A DNA stretch of 62,799 nt, counting the filler, from Globobulimina sp. (lineage: Eukaryota): the NCBI GenBank assembly GCA_003354225.1. It is 13 parts of 13 records of this genome, joined end to end, with 100 filler letters (N's around TTAATTAATTAA, not from the genome) between each part and the next. Parts side by side here need not be neighbours in the genome. Positions count along the whole stretch, not along the records: positions 1 to 4,744 come from PIVH01000956.1; positions 4,845 to 9,587 come from PIVH01000957.1; positions 9,688 to 14,428 come from PIVH01000958.1; 10 more parts are not named here. One strand, written 5' to 3'. The position numbers and the translations under genes were made by a program. Every line of letters begins with the position of its first letter. Position 1 is the stretch's first letter. The notes beneath the pieces were generated by a model, which saw nothing but the letters and a program-made list of their open reading frames with translations, did no database searches and had not been told where the DNA came from. Of the stretch, positions 1 to 10,530 are shown piece by piece.

Positions 1-1357
1 TTCTTTTGCGTGCTGTTTATAAAGGACACAATTTCATAGACGCAACTTTCTGGATTTTCCAGTATCGTGGCATGCGACGAATAGATATCACAGCAATGCC
101 GCGCATTTGGTAATTTCCGCGCCATTTCGAAAGAGGAGAGACAGGGCAACAATAAATCCCACAAACCACTGATTATTAAGGTTGGATGTTGTATTTTATC
201 CAATAAATGGTAGACTGAGTGGCTATGTAACTCCTGAAATGCGCGAATGTAATGATACAGCGATTCGTTGCAATCACAAATTCCATTCAGATAATTCTCA
301 AAGAACTCATAAAGATAATCCTCGCCCGATATTTGCTGCAATAATGGCGATCCAAATATTTTGACATACACTTTCAAAGAATATCGAATCAGAGGACTCA
401 ACAAATAATACCTCGCAAATTCCAAAAAGTACGGATTGTTGACCATAAAAGCAAAGAACTCAGACACTAAGTCCCCGATAAATGGCAACCTCAATATTGG
501 CTGCAACGCAGTGTTGAACACAGTCCCTATGCAGCAAAAGCATATGTTTTCATAGTCAACAAAAAAATAACTGCAATAACAGCATACCGTGACTTCCATT
601 CAAGAGAATCAGAGAGTTTATTTTGTCGGGGAACGATACCACAAACTCCAAAGCCACCTGGACTCCCAACGAGTGTCCCACCTATTTATTATTTGTGGCA
701 ATAAAATGAATAAGAATGTGAGCGATGCAGTATATATATACTTACAATATAATCGATGCAAAGTATGCACTCAAATGTTAATATTTCGTTGATATCGGTG
801 GCAAATTGGTGGATTGAAATAGATCTTATTTTTTTGCCCGCATTTTCACAGCGCGTCGAGCCGAAAAATCCTCTGTAATCAAAGGAGACGAATATGTATT
901 CATCAGTGCCCAAATGAGCGAGTAACGGATTGTATATCGAATATCCACATTGTCCCAAAGGCGGTGCTAAACAAATAATTTGTTTATGTGTCTTTTTATT
1001 GACTGTCTGCGAGATATAATATTTCAGATAGCAGCCGTCCTTTGTTTTGATTACCTTCTCTTTGAAGACAGGCACTTTGTGCTTCATTTTGAACCAACTG
1101 CAATGAGGTTTGCTTAGTTTGGGTCTGAATGATATCGCAGCAATGAACCAGATGACATGGAATAAGAAAGCAAATACAATGAGTGTAATATGGAAACCAT
1201 AAATGCGATGCGTGTATTGCCAGGATATTATGCACGATATCAAGCACAACAGCAATGAGGTTGTCTCCTGGAACAAATAGCTCGATTTCTGCATCTCAAA
1301 CAATGGCAAACCTGCAAACTTATTGAATGTTGATCTTTTTTTTGGTCTGGGCGGCAT
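1..1357 (-). CDS. Alpha/beta hydrolase (lipase/esterase-like) with N-terminal TM helices; 3 exons, 3' partial
   Basis: Splicing introns 682-745 and ~527-587 gives FDYRGFFGS, the nucleophile motif GHSLG, a putative catalytic Asp (GLWD) and His (SSHA). The frame is open to position 1. Confidence 0.85.
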
Positions 1358-1414
1358 GCTTTTTATTTGTCAGAGTTTTGAACAAGTTTTTCTTTTTTTT
1401 TTTAATTTTCAATT

Positions 1415-2794
1415 ATGCAATTAGATTATTTGACATTTGAAGTGAAAGAATTAAACATAAAAATTGAACAGCAAGAAAACCAGCACTACCAATTGCAAAT
1501 AAATAATGAAGTTTTAAAACACGAAATCAATAAACTAAAGGCTGAGTTGTCACTGCTTTGTGTGCCTCAACCATGTTATGATGGCATCCAACACATTTCC
1601 AATCGAATACAGTTAAAACTATTAAGCCAATCAATGGATAATCATAATAAGAATGAGACAAACTATCATTTAATCGGACAAATTGTGAAAAGAAAAGATT
1701 TCCCGACATTGATGTTTTTTGCATTACTTATTTCTCCGTCATATCTCATTAAAATGGTGTGCAAAAAGGAAGATTTTCCACGCCACAAATACCAACAAAT
1801 AAAGTCAAAATGCAAATCATTAGGTTCTATCATTGAATGTCATGCAAAAATGGAGCAGTTAAATATGGAAAGAAACGGTGACAAATTGCAATTGGTGGTG
1901 AATAAAATTGATTTAATTCGAGCATGCCAAAGATTGGGATTTGAGTCATTCACAGAAACAAATAAAAGTAAATGCAAACACATTTTATGCACACATTTTG
2001 TCAGATATTTTGTGTCAGGAAAGCATGGCTCAAACCATATAAATATAAATGGAATGGAATTAAATCAAGAGTTTGCTCCGAAAATTTGTGTCAGAAACAA
2101 CTGTCAATTCAGACACAAGTTATTGACTGAAGAGGAAAGGAATAAAATTATGTCCGAAATTGTAAAGAAAAACAAGCGTTTAAAGCAACAGTTTGATGCA
2201 AATGACCCTTTTTATAACATGAAAGAAAGCAAAGTAGCGAGAGCCCGCTTTTTTGGTGAATGGATTGTGAATAAATATGAACATAATAAGCTGCAAAGAA
2301 ATGGAGTATTGGATATTGCCGGAGGTGGAGGGGATTTATCACTCGTTTTATCTGAATATAATATCCAAGCCACCATCGTTGATCCGAGAGAACCACTGAA
2401 ACTGTGGAAGAAACTCAAGAAACGGAAAGAAAAAAAAGTAATGATATCGATACCAAGACACATTAATGCATATTTTGAATGGAAGACATTGGACAGAAAT
2501 ATGGAAATAAAACAAGTATTTGATAAATGTGAAGTGGTTTTAGGTTTACATCCGGACCAAGCAACGGAAGCAATTATTGACGTATCATTGAAATATAACA
2601 AGTCATTCGCTGTTTTGCCGTGTTGTGTATTTCCGAACTTATATCCCAAAAATATGATGGTCGATGGCGAAAAGAAAGAGGTTGTCTCATATTTGCAGTT
2701 TGTGGAATACTTGAAACAGAAACATAGTGATATTAATGTTGATTATCTTCCGTTTAAAGGCAGAAATAAGATACTTTATTTTGATGCACGTTAA
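1415..2794 (+). CDS. Putative SAM-dependent methyltransferase with N-terminal coiled coil, OB-like and CCCH-like regions
   Basis: 459-aa ORF with motif I VLDIAGGGGDLS, then IVDPR, GLHPDQATEAIID and FAVLPCCVF. An upstream C...CVRNNCQFRH cluster resembles a CCCH finger. Confidence 0.75.
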   Translation: MQLDYLTFEVKELNIKIEQQENQHYQLQINNEVLKHEINKLKAELSLLCVPQPCYDGIQHISNRIQLKLLSQSMDNHNKNETNYHLIGQIVKRKDFPTLMFFALLISPSYLIKMVCKKEDFPRHKYQQIKSKCKSLGSIIECHAKMEQLNMERNGDKLQLVVNKIDLIRACQRLGFESFTETNKSKCKHILCTHFVRYFVSGKHGSNHININGMELNQEFAPKICVRNNCQFRHKLLTEEERNKIMSEIVKKNKRLKQQFDANDPFYNMKESKVARARFFGEWIVNKYEHNKLQRNGVLDIAGGGGDLSLVLSEYNIQATIVDPREPLKLWKKLKKRKEKKVMISIPRHINAYFEWKTLDRNMEIKQVFDKCEVVLGLHPDQATEAIIDVSLKYNKSFAVLPCCVFPNLYPKNMMVDGEKKEVVSYLQFVEYLKQKHSDINVDYLPFKGRNKILYFDAR

Positions 2795-3519
2795 CTAAAA
2801 ACTTGTTGGAAACAAAATAAATATTATAAAACATACAACCCAATCACTTCATTTTATTATAATATTTACAGACTACCTGAACACACAGATAAATTAAAGT
2901 ATGTTGCTGATTTGGTTTTGGTTGAAATGTGCAAACATTCCAAGGGATACAGCATACAGTAAGCCAAGCACAATTCTCTTATATTCAATCAACTAATATT
3001 ATATTCTATAAATACATGCGAATAAATCCAAATTTACAATTGCAATCAGGGGAAAGATTCCGAATTTCAACCGCCAATCAATTGCAAAATAATTTATTTT
3101 TAGTGTAGTATCATCACATTTTGTTATTATTGTAAATAAATTGCGGCGTATACAGCTATCTAGATTATGCTGTGAGATATGTGAGATATGTGTTTTCGAC
3201 CCGATTCAGCATGTTTCCTGTTTGTTTTTTTGTGCTTTGTATTGTAAATGGAAACTACAATCAAGAGAAATCTGCATTGAATGATGAATTCAACAGAACC
3301 GAAAAATATCACATATTCAATGTGAATACAAAATCGCTGCTTTCCGACAGTATCATTGAATTTGAAGCGTTTTAAAAAAATTAGACAGTACCATACTAAA
3401 AATCATGGGACGTAACATATACAATATAAACTGTATAATAAATATTTAGTAAGTGAAATATTTAATTTTCGCATAGTATAATAAATGTACAAGCAATTCC
3501 GACAAATAAGTTAAATAAG

Positions 3520-4332
3520 TTAAATAAAATAATTTGCACATCGATACGTAACGTCATATCTTGCGGGACAACCAACGTCAGGACCACCCAGCTTATCAGC
3601 ATCAATTCTGTATTTACACTCTGTTTTGCCGTCACATTTCCAATATAAATTGTCAAAATCATTTCCAAGCAAATTCTGATTACAATTATATCCGTACGTT
3701 GCCTGCAACAGTTGAATTTTTTCACTCCCAATACATTGGATAATAAGACATTTATTATGAGCTTCTGCCGTCACTGTCTTTGTAGAAGGCGCAGAAAACA
3801 TCGTCTTTTCTCTGTCATAGAGCCAATCTGGATTGTCTGGAGCAAAAAAATAAAGATTATAATTTCTTGTATCCCCTCGCCAACAATCAAAATCCAATAC
3901 AGCATCCCCTCCCAGTACAGTATCCAGTGACCACCAACAAAATTGACTGCCGTCAGAACATTTGCCATTGCTGCCACCCTCGACGTCCGCGCTACATTTA
4001 ATTGTTCCAAGCAAACCATGACTCCGTACATCAACCATAGTTCGTTTCACTAAGAATGTCCAGGAGTCGTTCGCTTCGACATGCTTTACAAGTGTCCCAA
4101 ATGCTTTGCCACTCACTGTTACGTCCAGTAACCAAGCATTCTCATCATAATTGGACCATTTGTCTGGGAGAGCCGCTAATTCCACCGTTGTTGTGCTCGG
4201 GTCATCTACGAGACATTCCTGTTCTGGTTCTGGTTCTGGCCACAAATCAACCACTGATATTCCCAAAACTGCCGTTACTATCAACAGTCCAAAAAATTGT
4301 GCTGCTAAAACCTGACATGCGTTCTCCGCCAT
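3520..4332 (-). CDS. Signal/TM-anchored protein with C-terminal SUEL-type (galactose/rhamnose-binding) lectin domain
   Basis: Hydrophobic N-terminus. The C-terminal ATYG..C..CDGKTEC..GPDVGCP..VTYRC pattern matches SUEL lectins. Confidence 0.7.
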   Translation of the reverse strand: MAENACQVLAAQFFGLLIVTAVLGISVVDLWPEPEPEQECLVDDPSTTTVELAALPDKWSNYDENAWLLDVTVSGKAFGTLVKHVEANDSWTFLVKRTMVDVRSHGLLGTIKCSADVEGGSNGKCSDGSQFCWWSLDTVLGGDAVLDFDCWRGDTRNYNLYFFAPDNPDWLYDREKTMFSAPSTKTVTAEAHNKCLIIQCIGSEKIQLLQATYGYNCNQNLLGNDFDNLYWKCDGKTECKYRIDADKLGGPDVGCPARYDVTYRCANYFI

Positions 4333-4744
4333 ATCTTAGACTTAAACAATGATAATAAAATTGCAAATTAATATTTTCAAAATTCTTAAACGAGTTTCGC
4401 TTTGAGTTTGAAGTTTGAATATTGCTCAATTAAGTAAATTTAGAACCTATTTATGAAAATTATGAATTCATACTTGCTATAAATGTTTTGTACGCCATAA
4501 TTGCAGCTGATAACTATTAATAATATTACTATGTAATTAAATGGAATAATACTTATCCATTGTTTCTGTCACCTACTAGTATTTAAGTAAATTATATTCT
4601 GTTCCATGTTCTCCAAATTGCAAATCAAATGATGTTTTAACTAAAAACGTGTCTTTTGATTCAATGCTAGCCAAAGTGACAGGACATAACAAATTACGCC
4701 ATGTTGGATGTGACATTGTAGTTTTTTCAGGCAGTTTTTGGTAT

Positions 4745-4844
4745 NNNNNNNNNNNNNNNNNNNNNNNNNNNNNNNNNNNNNNNNNNNNTTAATTAATTAA
4801 NNNNNNNNNNNNNNNNNNNNNNNNNNNNNNNNNNNNNNNNNNNN
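4745..4844. other. Artificial contig spacer (first of 12)
   Basis: N44+TTAATTAATTAA+N44 occurs at 4745, 9588, 14429, 19270, 24110, 28949, 33787, 38624, 43461, 48297, 53132 and 57967. Contig lengths fall monotonically from 4744 to 4733. Confidence 0.99.
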
Positions 4845-5311
4845 ATACACGTTAACTTCTTGTTGCAATGCGGACACGTTGTGTGATTCTGATGGCTGCG
4901 AATATGTCCATACAAATCATGTGTTTTGGTGTATGCTTCCTCGCAATGTGTACATTTCATTCGTAATGGACGAAATGTCATTGCATTGCCATTATAAGTT
5001 ACTTTTGGCCGAGTGTGCCATTCAGATTCTGATTCTAATAATCTTCCTGTTGATGATAATGAATGTGATGGTGTTTGTTGTGTTGTTGTTTGTTGTGGTT
5101 CGGGTATTTCCAAAACAACACTATTATTATCTTCGTTGATGACAATATCTCCACTTTCATGTACTACTTCCCCCTCAATAGTCATATTTTCGTTTTCTTC
5201 ATCATAATCAATTGCATCTTCAGATAATAATTGTAAAGCAGGCACTGCTTCAAATAATGATTTTTTATTTTCGATTGACTCATCAGTTTCTAACGAATTT
5301 GAATTCTTCAT
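4845..5311 (-). CDS. C2H2 zinc-finger protein, 3' partial
   Basis: CTHCEEAYTKTHDLYGHIRSH, then a second finger starting CPHC. Acidic N-terminus. Confidence 0.85.
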
Positions 5312-5545
5312 TGTATCCAAAAAGAAATAAAAAAATAATTAAATAATTAATGATTAACAAATTGTATTAATTATTGTTTTGTTACGTAAATTGACGTTGG
5401 TCTAACGTATGTTATCTGTCTATATCAATTAATATGACAGTATGTCCATTATTTGCCATCAAGTGTTATAACAGTTTTTCGAAAAATTTTAATTTGTGCG
5501 CATGCTAGTTTTATTATAGATTGGCAGTTATTTCCAATCTATTTG

Positions 5546-6751
5546 TCATGCACATAAACATGGATGTGTAGTTTGTGTGTTTTTAATAGTTTTTAAATGT
5601 TGAATCAATACATTATTGGCAGGTGAGCTGCATATCACATTTTGCGTCGAATTAGTTGTGGTTCCCCGCAAATCCAATTTAAGGAAATGCAGATTAATTT
5701 TAAATTGAAAACTTCTTAATACTCGCACACATTCTTTAGAGTTTGGTTTCGCCAAAACATTCTCCATTTTTATCAGAAACACTTTCATATTATCTTTACC
5801 TCTCATTATATTACACATTCCACATTCTAAAGTTTTAATATTTGCTGAACTATGATATATTGAATGATCAAACCTAGAGATATTCATCATTGCTGCCGGA
5901 ATATGTTTATGTTTCTCAGATAAAATATACATTTCATGTCGACACACGTCACACCGCAACTTACCATTATTTATATTTTCATTTTGTTGTATTTTATTCA
6001 TCATAAAATCAACATAAACAAACATTTCTGATTCATTTGAATCTAAATTGAATTCTTTCAAATCTTTTTTGTTTAATAAATAAATTCTGTGTTTAAGTAC
6101 CTGTTCCCTCGCAATTTTAACATGATTTTTATTATTCATATCAAACCCATTTTTTTTCCGATTTGGTGCATTCCTAAAACATAATTTTTTTTTTGCATTA
6201 ATATTTACATCCTCTTTAATGTCTGTATTATTATAACAAAATTGTGACAATGCATTTAAATTATCATCCAATTGTTGTGAATATTGAATATCACTGTCAT
6301 CAGAATCAGAATCAGAATCACAATCAGAGGCTGTATGAGTATGACTGATATCCATGTTGTTAACAATTGAGCTTTCATTCGGAGATTCATTTTCAGATAA
6401 TTCCGATTTTATATCTTCTTCATCTTCTTGATGTTTGTTATATGAATCTGATAATTTTTGTTTTTTATGCAATGGTTCAGATATAAAATCGTTTCGCAAT
6501 GTGATAGTGTTGTTATTTTGGACATTTCTCCTCTTCCTTTTTAGCGATTTGGTTGTTTTGATTTTATCACATTGAAGACGTTGATGTGTATTGGTGTTAT
6601 TTTGATTTGGTTTTGAGAGTGTATTAATTTTTCTGCTTCGAATGTCTATACATTGCTGTATGTATCGGTTGCATGCTGCTATACACTGCGATAAAATCCG
6701 TGCATTCACAGCATTGCTTGATAAATCTGCAACGATTAATTTTAATATCAT
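5546..6751 (-). CDS. Hypothetical protein with C-terminal Zn-binding HNH/His-Me-finger-like motif
   Basis: 401-aa ORF with basic NLS-like stretches and CDVC...ISRFDHSIYHSSANIKTLECGMCNIMRG. Confidence 0.55.
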   Translation of the reverse strand: MILKLIVADLSSNAVNARILSQCIAACNRYIQQCIDIRSRKINTLSKPNQNNTNTHQRLQCDKIKTTKSLKRKRRNVQNNNTITLRNDFISEPLHKKQKLSDSYNKHQEDEEDIKSELSENESPNESSIVNNMDISHTHTASDCDSDSDSDDSDIQYSQQLDDNLNALSQFCYNNTDIKEDVNINAKKKLCFRNAPNRKKNGFDMNNKNHVKIAREQVLKHRIYLLNKKDLKEFNLDSNESEMFVYVDFMMNKIQQNENINNGKLRCDVCRHEMYILSEKHKHIPAAMMNISRFDHSIYHSSANIKTLECGMCNIMRGKDNMKVFLIKMENVLAKPNSKECVRVLRSFQFKINLHFLKLDLRGTTTNSTQNVICSSPANNVLIQHLKTIKNTQTTHPCLCA

Positions 6752-7202
6752 TAAATTATCATCAATATCTTATGCAAGTTATTGTCCCTTTGCTTTTGCA
6801 AAAAAGAATTTTGTACAAACATGCCTGAATCATCATATGCTACATTTATCTGTTTCTGTGTTGTGGCATCCATTTACATTATTTAAACTCAAGAAAAATA
6901 CCAGTTTATACTCAAGAAAAATATATAAGAATTAAATTATGCAGTCGTGGATACGTACAACCAATAAATAATTCTGCATCGTATACATAATCAGTGATGA
7001 GATAAAGTCAAGGTGGATGGTAGATATTTAATTTAGAAAAGAGACACATTTGCTGAAAAAATTAATATTAAAAAGAAATGATATGATGCAGCAGTGTCAT
7101 AGAATTATAAACAGTGATTATGAGTTTAATATCTATCTTTACATTTTTTATAAATCTGCATATTTTATAAATTAAAAAAGTGAAATTGATATATATCTAT
7201 TT

Positions 7203-8444
7203 ATGTATTACATCATAGTTGTAATAATATTATGTATTATAACATTCATTGTAGAAGCAGAACCTATGGCTGTTATTGAAAAAGTCACAGAGATTCCTAT
7301 GGCTATTATTGTACAAAATGAATCTGGTGAAAAAGTTACGGACATTCCTCTGCCTTATGTTGGAGTTACATTTGTTGCATTGGCTGAAACAATCATAACC
7401 AAAGTAACAGAATGTGATAACGAGAAATATTCCAACACAAAACTTGCATTCATTTATAAAAAAAAAATGATTCCTGCTGCTGATTATCGTAAACCAATTC
7501 GAGAATTAGGTCTGTTCTCTGATGAAGGTCAAACAGATACCATTCAAATTATTATCAAATCTAAAACTAATATTTTTATTGGCGATGAACTTCAAATTAG
7601 ATTTGATTTTAAACTCCCATTGCTTCGCAGTACTAATAATGGCATGAAAACTGCCATAGCCATTGAAGATAGCAAATATAATTTATATAAATCCATTGAC
7701 ATTACATTGAGCGAAAGAAAGATTGGTACTGTTACAGTTGAGATTGAATTATTATTTGCAGTGGCAGGTAAATTAAAAAACCCATTTAAATATCGAATGG
7801 ATGCGAGCTCAAACCCCGGTGTTTATGACCATTTTTTTATGTCAATTACAAACAATGCTTTGTCAGTTCAAATTGGTGCTACTCGCAAAAAATGGCTATT
7901 CAAAAGACCTCGGAGATTATATCAAGCATTGCGTCCCCAAACATTAAGCTTCTTCGATGAGGACCGTAACTTTCCAGCAATTGCAAATTGGCAAATGATT
8001 AGCACTCAGCAATCATATGCGATCGAAGGATATCAAAACTGCATTCAAAAGTTAGTATCATTCTTACGGAACAACGATGAACGACAAATGTATGCGCATA
8101 CATACAAAAAGCAATGGAGGATTGGTGAGTTTGTGAAGTATGTCTCAATGCATTTGGACTATGAATCATGGAGTTGTTTTATTGGCAGTAGTTTATTACA
8201 AAGTTGTCAGCGTGTTGCAGATTGGTATGGGGATAGATTTACTCGACGGCAGAAAAATAATGGAGTGTTTGTTAACATTCGGCAAAGGAAAAGTAACCCA
8301 AATGAGTATGTGTTATATTTAAAACATGGAAAAAATCGACCATTCGGTGATAAACAGGAAATTTTAAAAATTGATATGAGTGACACACGTGCACCACAAG
8401 CGAAAGTACTTCTGCCTGATTATTTTCAAAGCAATTCCGTATAA
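7203..8444 (+). CDS. Hypothetical protein (signal-like N-terminus, possible ubiquitin-like region)
   Basis: 413-aa ORF with a hydrophobic start and a short internal duplication (PMAVI..EKVTEIP / PMAII..EKVTDIP). The ubiquitin resemblance is weak. Confidence 0.6.
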   Translation: MYYIIVVIILCIITFIVEAEPMAVIEKVTEIPMAIIVQNESGEKVTDIPLPYVGVTFVALAETIITKVTECDNEKYSNTKLAFIYKKKMIPAADYRKPIRELGLFSDEGQTDTIQIIIKSKTNIFIGDELQIRFDFKLPLLRSTNNGMKTAIAIEDSKYNLYKSIDITLSERKIGTVTVEIELLFAVAGKLKNPFKYRMDASSNPGVYDHFFMSITNNALSVQIGATRKKWLFKRPRRLYQALRPQTLSFFDEDRNFPAIANWQMISTQQSYAIEGYQNCIQKLVSFLRNNDERQMYAHTYKKQWRIGEFVKYVSMHLDYESWSCFIGSSLLQSCQRVADWYGDRFTRRQKNNGVFVNIRQRKSNPNEYVLYLKHGKNRPFGDKQEILKIDMSDTRAPQAKVLLPDYFQSNSV

Positions 8445-8569
8445 ATGACTTGTCTGTCTGTCTTCTCTTGTCTTGTTTGTCTGTCATTTATGTAATAAAT
8501 AATTTCTAGACAATAAACATTCACCTCTTTAGTATAAATGATCTACCGTCCTTAGTTGAATTATTTAAC

Positions 8570-9379
8570 ATGGCTGCTTCACAAACTCTTGAAGAATTGG
8601 TGGAAAGTGAGAATCAGCCAATGTTAGATTACATTGTAAGTAAATTGAATGATAAAACAAAAGATATTATTCCAGAGAATGCAAAAACAATAATTATTGT
8701 GCTCGGTCAATGTTTATTACCGACAGGAATGCCGGATCCTACATTGATAGAACGCGTTGAACGTGCATATAAAATAGTGAATGAGTATAAATTAGATTTA
8801 TCCACAACATATTGGATTGTATCTGGTTCAGATGTTTCCAATTTACATTTCCAACAGAAACATGGCAAATTACCTGAACCAAAGCATTTATCTGAAGCTC
8901 AAGTTATGAAAAACGTAATGTGTAATGTTGGTAAACAAAATAACAAAAATGAAGAAAAACAAAATGAAAGTAAAGAAAACAAGAATGATGTTGATATTGG
9001 TATTGATGATCATGTTATTTTAGAAGATCAAGCATTAACAACAGAACAAAATTTTTTATTTGTATTTAAAATGTTGTATGAAGCAAAATTATGTGACAAA
9101 ATTGAAAAAATATTTACTGTTACATCGGATCACCATATCAGGAGAAGCAAATATTGTCTGGATACTGTATTTATGGATGGAAATAAAGGATCATTTCTAA
9201 GCAATTTTGATGTTGAAAAGAATTTACATTTTATTGGCTGTGTTACTGTTTGGAATGATGAGGAGGCAAAGAAAAACAGAGCAATTAAAGAAGATAAATT
9301 ATATAATATGAAATGTTTGCAACAACGAATAGAGAAAACATCCAAATTATTATGGGATTGGAGGGAACAACAAAAATAA
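8570..9379 (+). CDS. DUF218/YdcF-family protein
   Basis: IIVLG, ERVERA, IVSG, SEAQVM, LEDQALTTEQN and VTSDHHIRRS appear in DUF218 order. Confidence 0.85.
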   Translation: MAASQTLEELVESENQPMLDYIVSKLNDKTKDIIPENAKTIIIVLGQCLLPTGMPDPTLIERVERAYKIVNEYKLDLSTTYWIVSGSDVSNLHFQQKHGKLPEPKHLSEAQVMKNVMCNVGKQNNKNEEKQNESKENKNDVDIGIDDHVILEDQALTTEQNFLFVFKMLYEAKLCDKIEKIFTVTSDHHIRRSKYCLDTVFMDGNKGSFLSNFDVEKNLHFIGCVTVWNDEEAKKNRAIKEDKLYNMKCLQQRIEKTSKLLWDWREQQK

Positions 9380-9687
9380 TATAAAAATAAAGTGCAAGGA
9401 TAAATTGACTAATGATGTTATGATAATATAAGGCCAGTCGGTATAGTAGTTTTAAATAATTTTATGTTTTTATAATTGAAACAGTATATGTTCAATCATG
9501 TCACCATTGTTCTGCTTCAGCTTGCTAGTGTTAATAGTATGGCTTTGTAAAAGTGAGCTCGAGGAGAATGATTATAAATTGGTGAAANNNNNNNNNNNNN
9601 NNNNNNNNNNNNNNNNNNNNNNNNNNNNNNNTTAATTAATTAANNNNNNNNNNNNNNNNNNNNNNNNNNNNNNNNNNNNNNNNNNNN

Positions 9688-10441
9688 CAACAGAATGGAC
9701 AAAGTAGCAAGTGAGGAGTCCAGGAAATGGAGATTTAAAGCTGCAGATAACAGAATATTTGATCCACCATTAACTAAGAATGGATTCCAACACGCAAATG
9801 AAAGAGGACACATATTAGCACAAACATTATCACACATTAAGCAAACTAAAGATTTACCAAAATGTATTTACGTATCACCGATGGAAAGAACTCTGGGCAC
9901 TGCCTTTGAGATTGCCAAGGTAACCAAACTGCCAATTGTAGTCGTGCCTGGATTATGTGCCTGCGCAGCTGCTGTAAAATCAGGAGGTTTGATTAAGAAG
10001 AAAGTGAAAAACGATATCAATTCAGATCAGAAACATGACCATAAAAATGCGGAAAACGAAAATAAAACTGATGATTTTGAATTGTTTTTAAATGATTATG
10101 GATGGATCGGAGAATGTGATTTTTTAACCAAAAAAGAAGTGTTACAACAATTTGGGTGGAAGAAAGAAGTGAATATTAGCTTTGATTACAGATTTGTGGA
10201 TAGGTTCAGAAAATGTGTCGAAAGATTGGTCCGTGAGTCCGAACGTAATACTATTTTATGTGTGACACATCGTGAAGGGATAAGGAAATTAGATGCACGG
10301 TTATGGAGGACAAATATCCCATATTGTGCCATGGCGAAGTATGTATGCATTAAACCTGAAAGTAATTCAAAGTATTTATTTGATTTTGTTTATTTTATTG
10401 ATGATACCAGTAAACAAAAAGATGATGATAAACTCAATTGA
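9688..10441 (+). CDS. Histidine phosphatase (phosphoglycerate mutase-like), 5' partial
   Basis: DPPLTKNG, YVSPMERTLGTA and CVTHREGI. The RHG motif would lie before the contig edge. Confidence 0.8.
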
Positions 10442-10530
10442 TTGTCTATTTTTATGTGAACGATAATTCAGTTGAATGAATACTCACTTGCAAGTTTTAG
10501 CTGAAAAAAACTTTTAAGAGTTCAAGAAAC

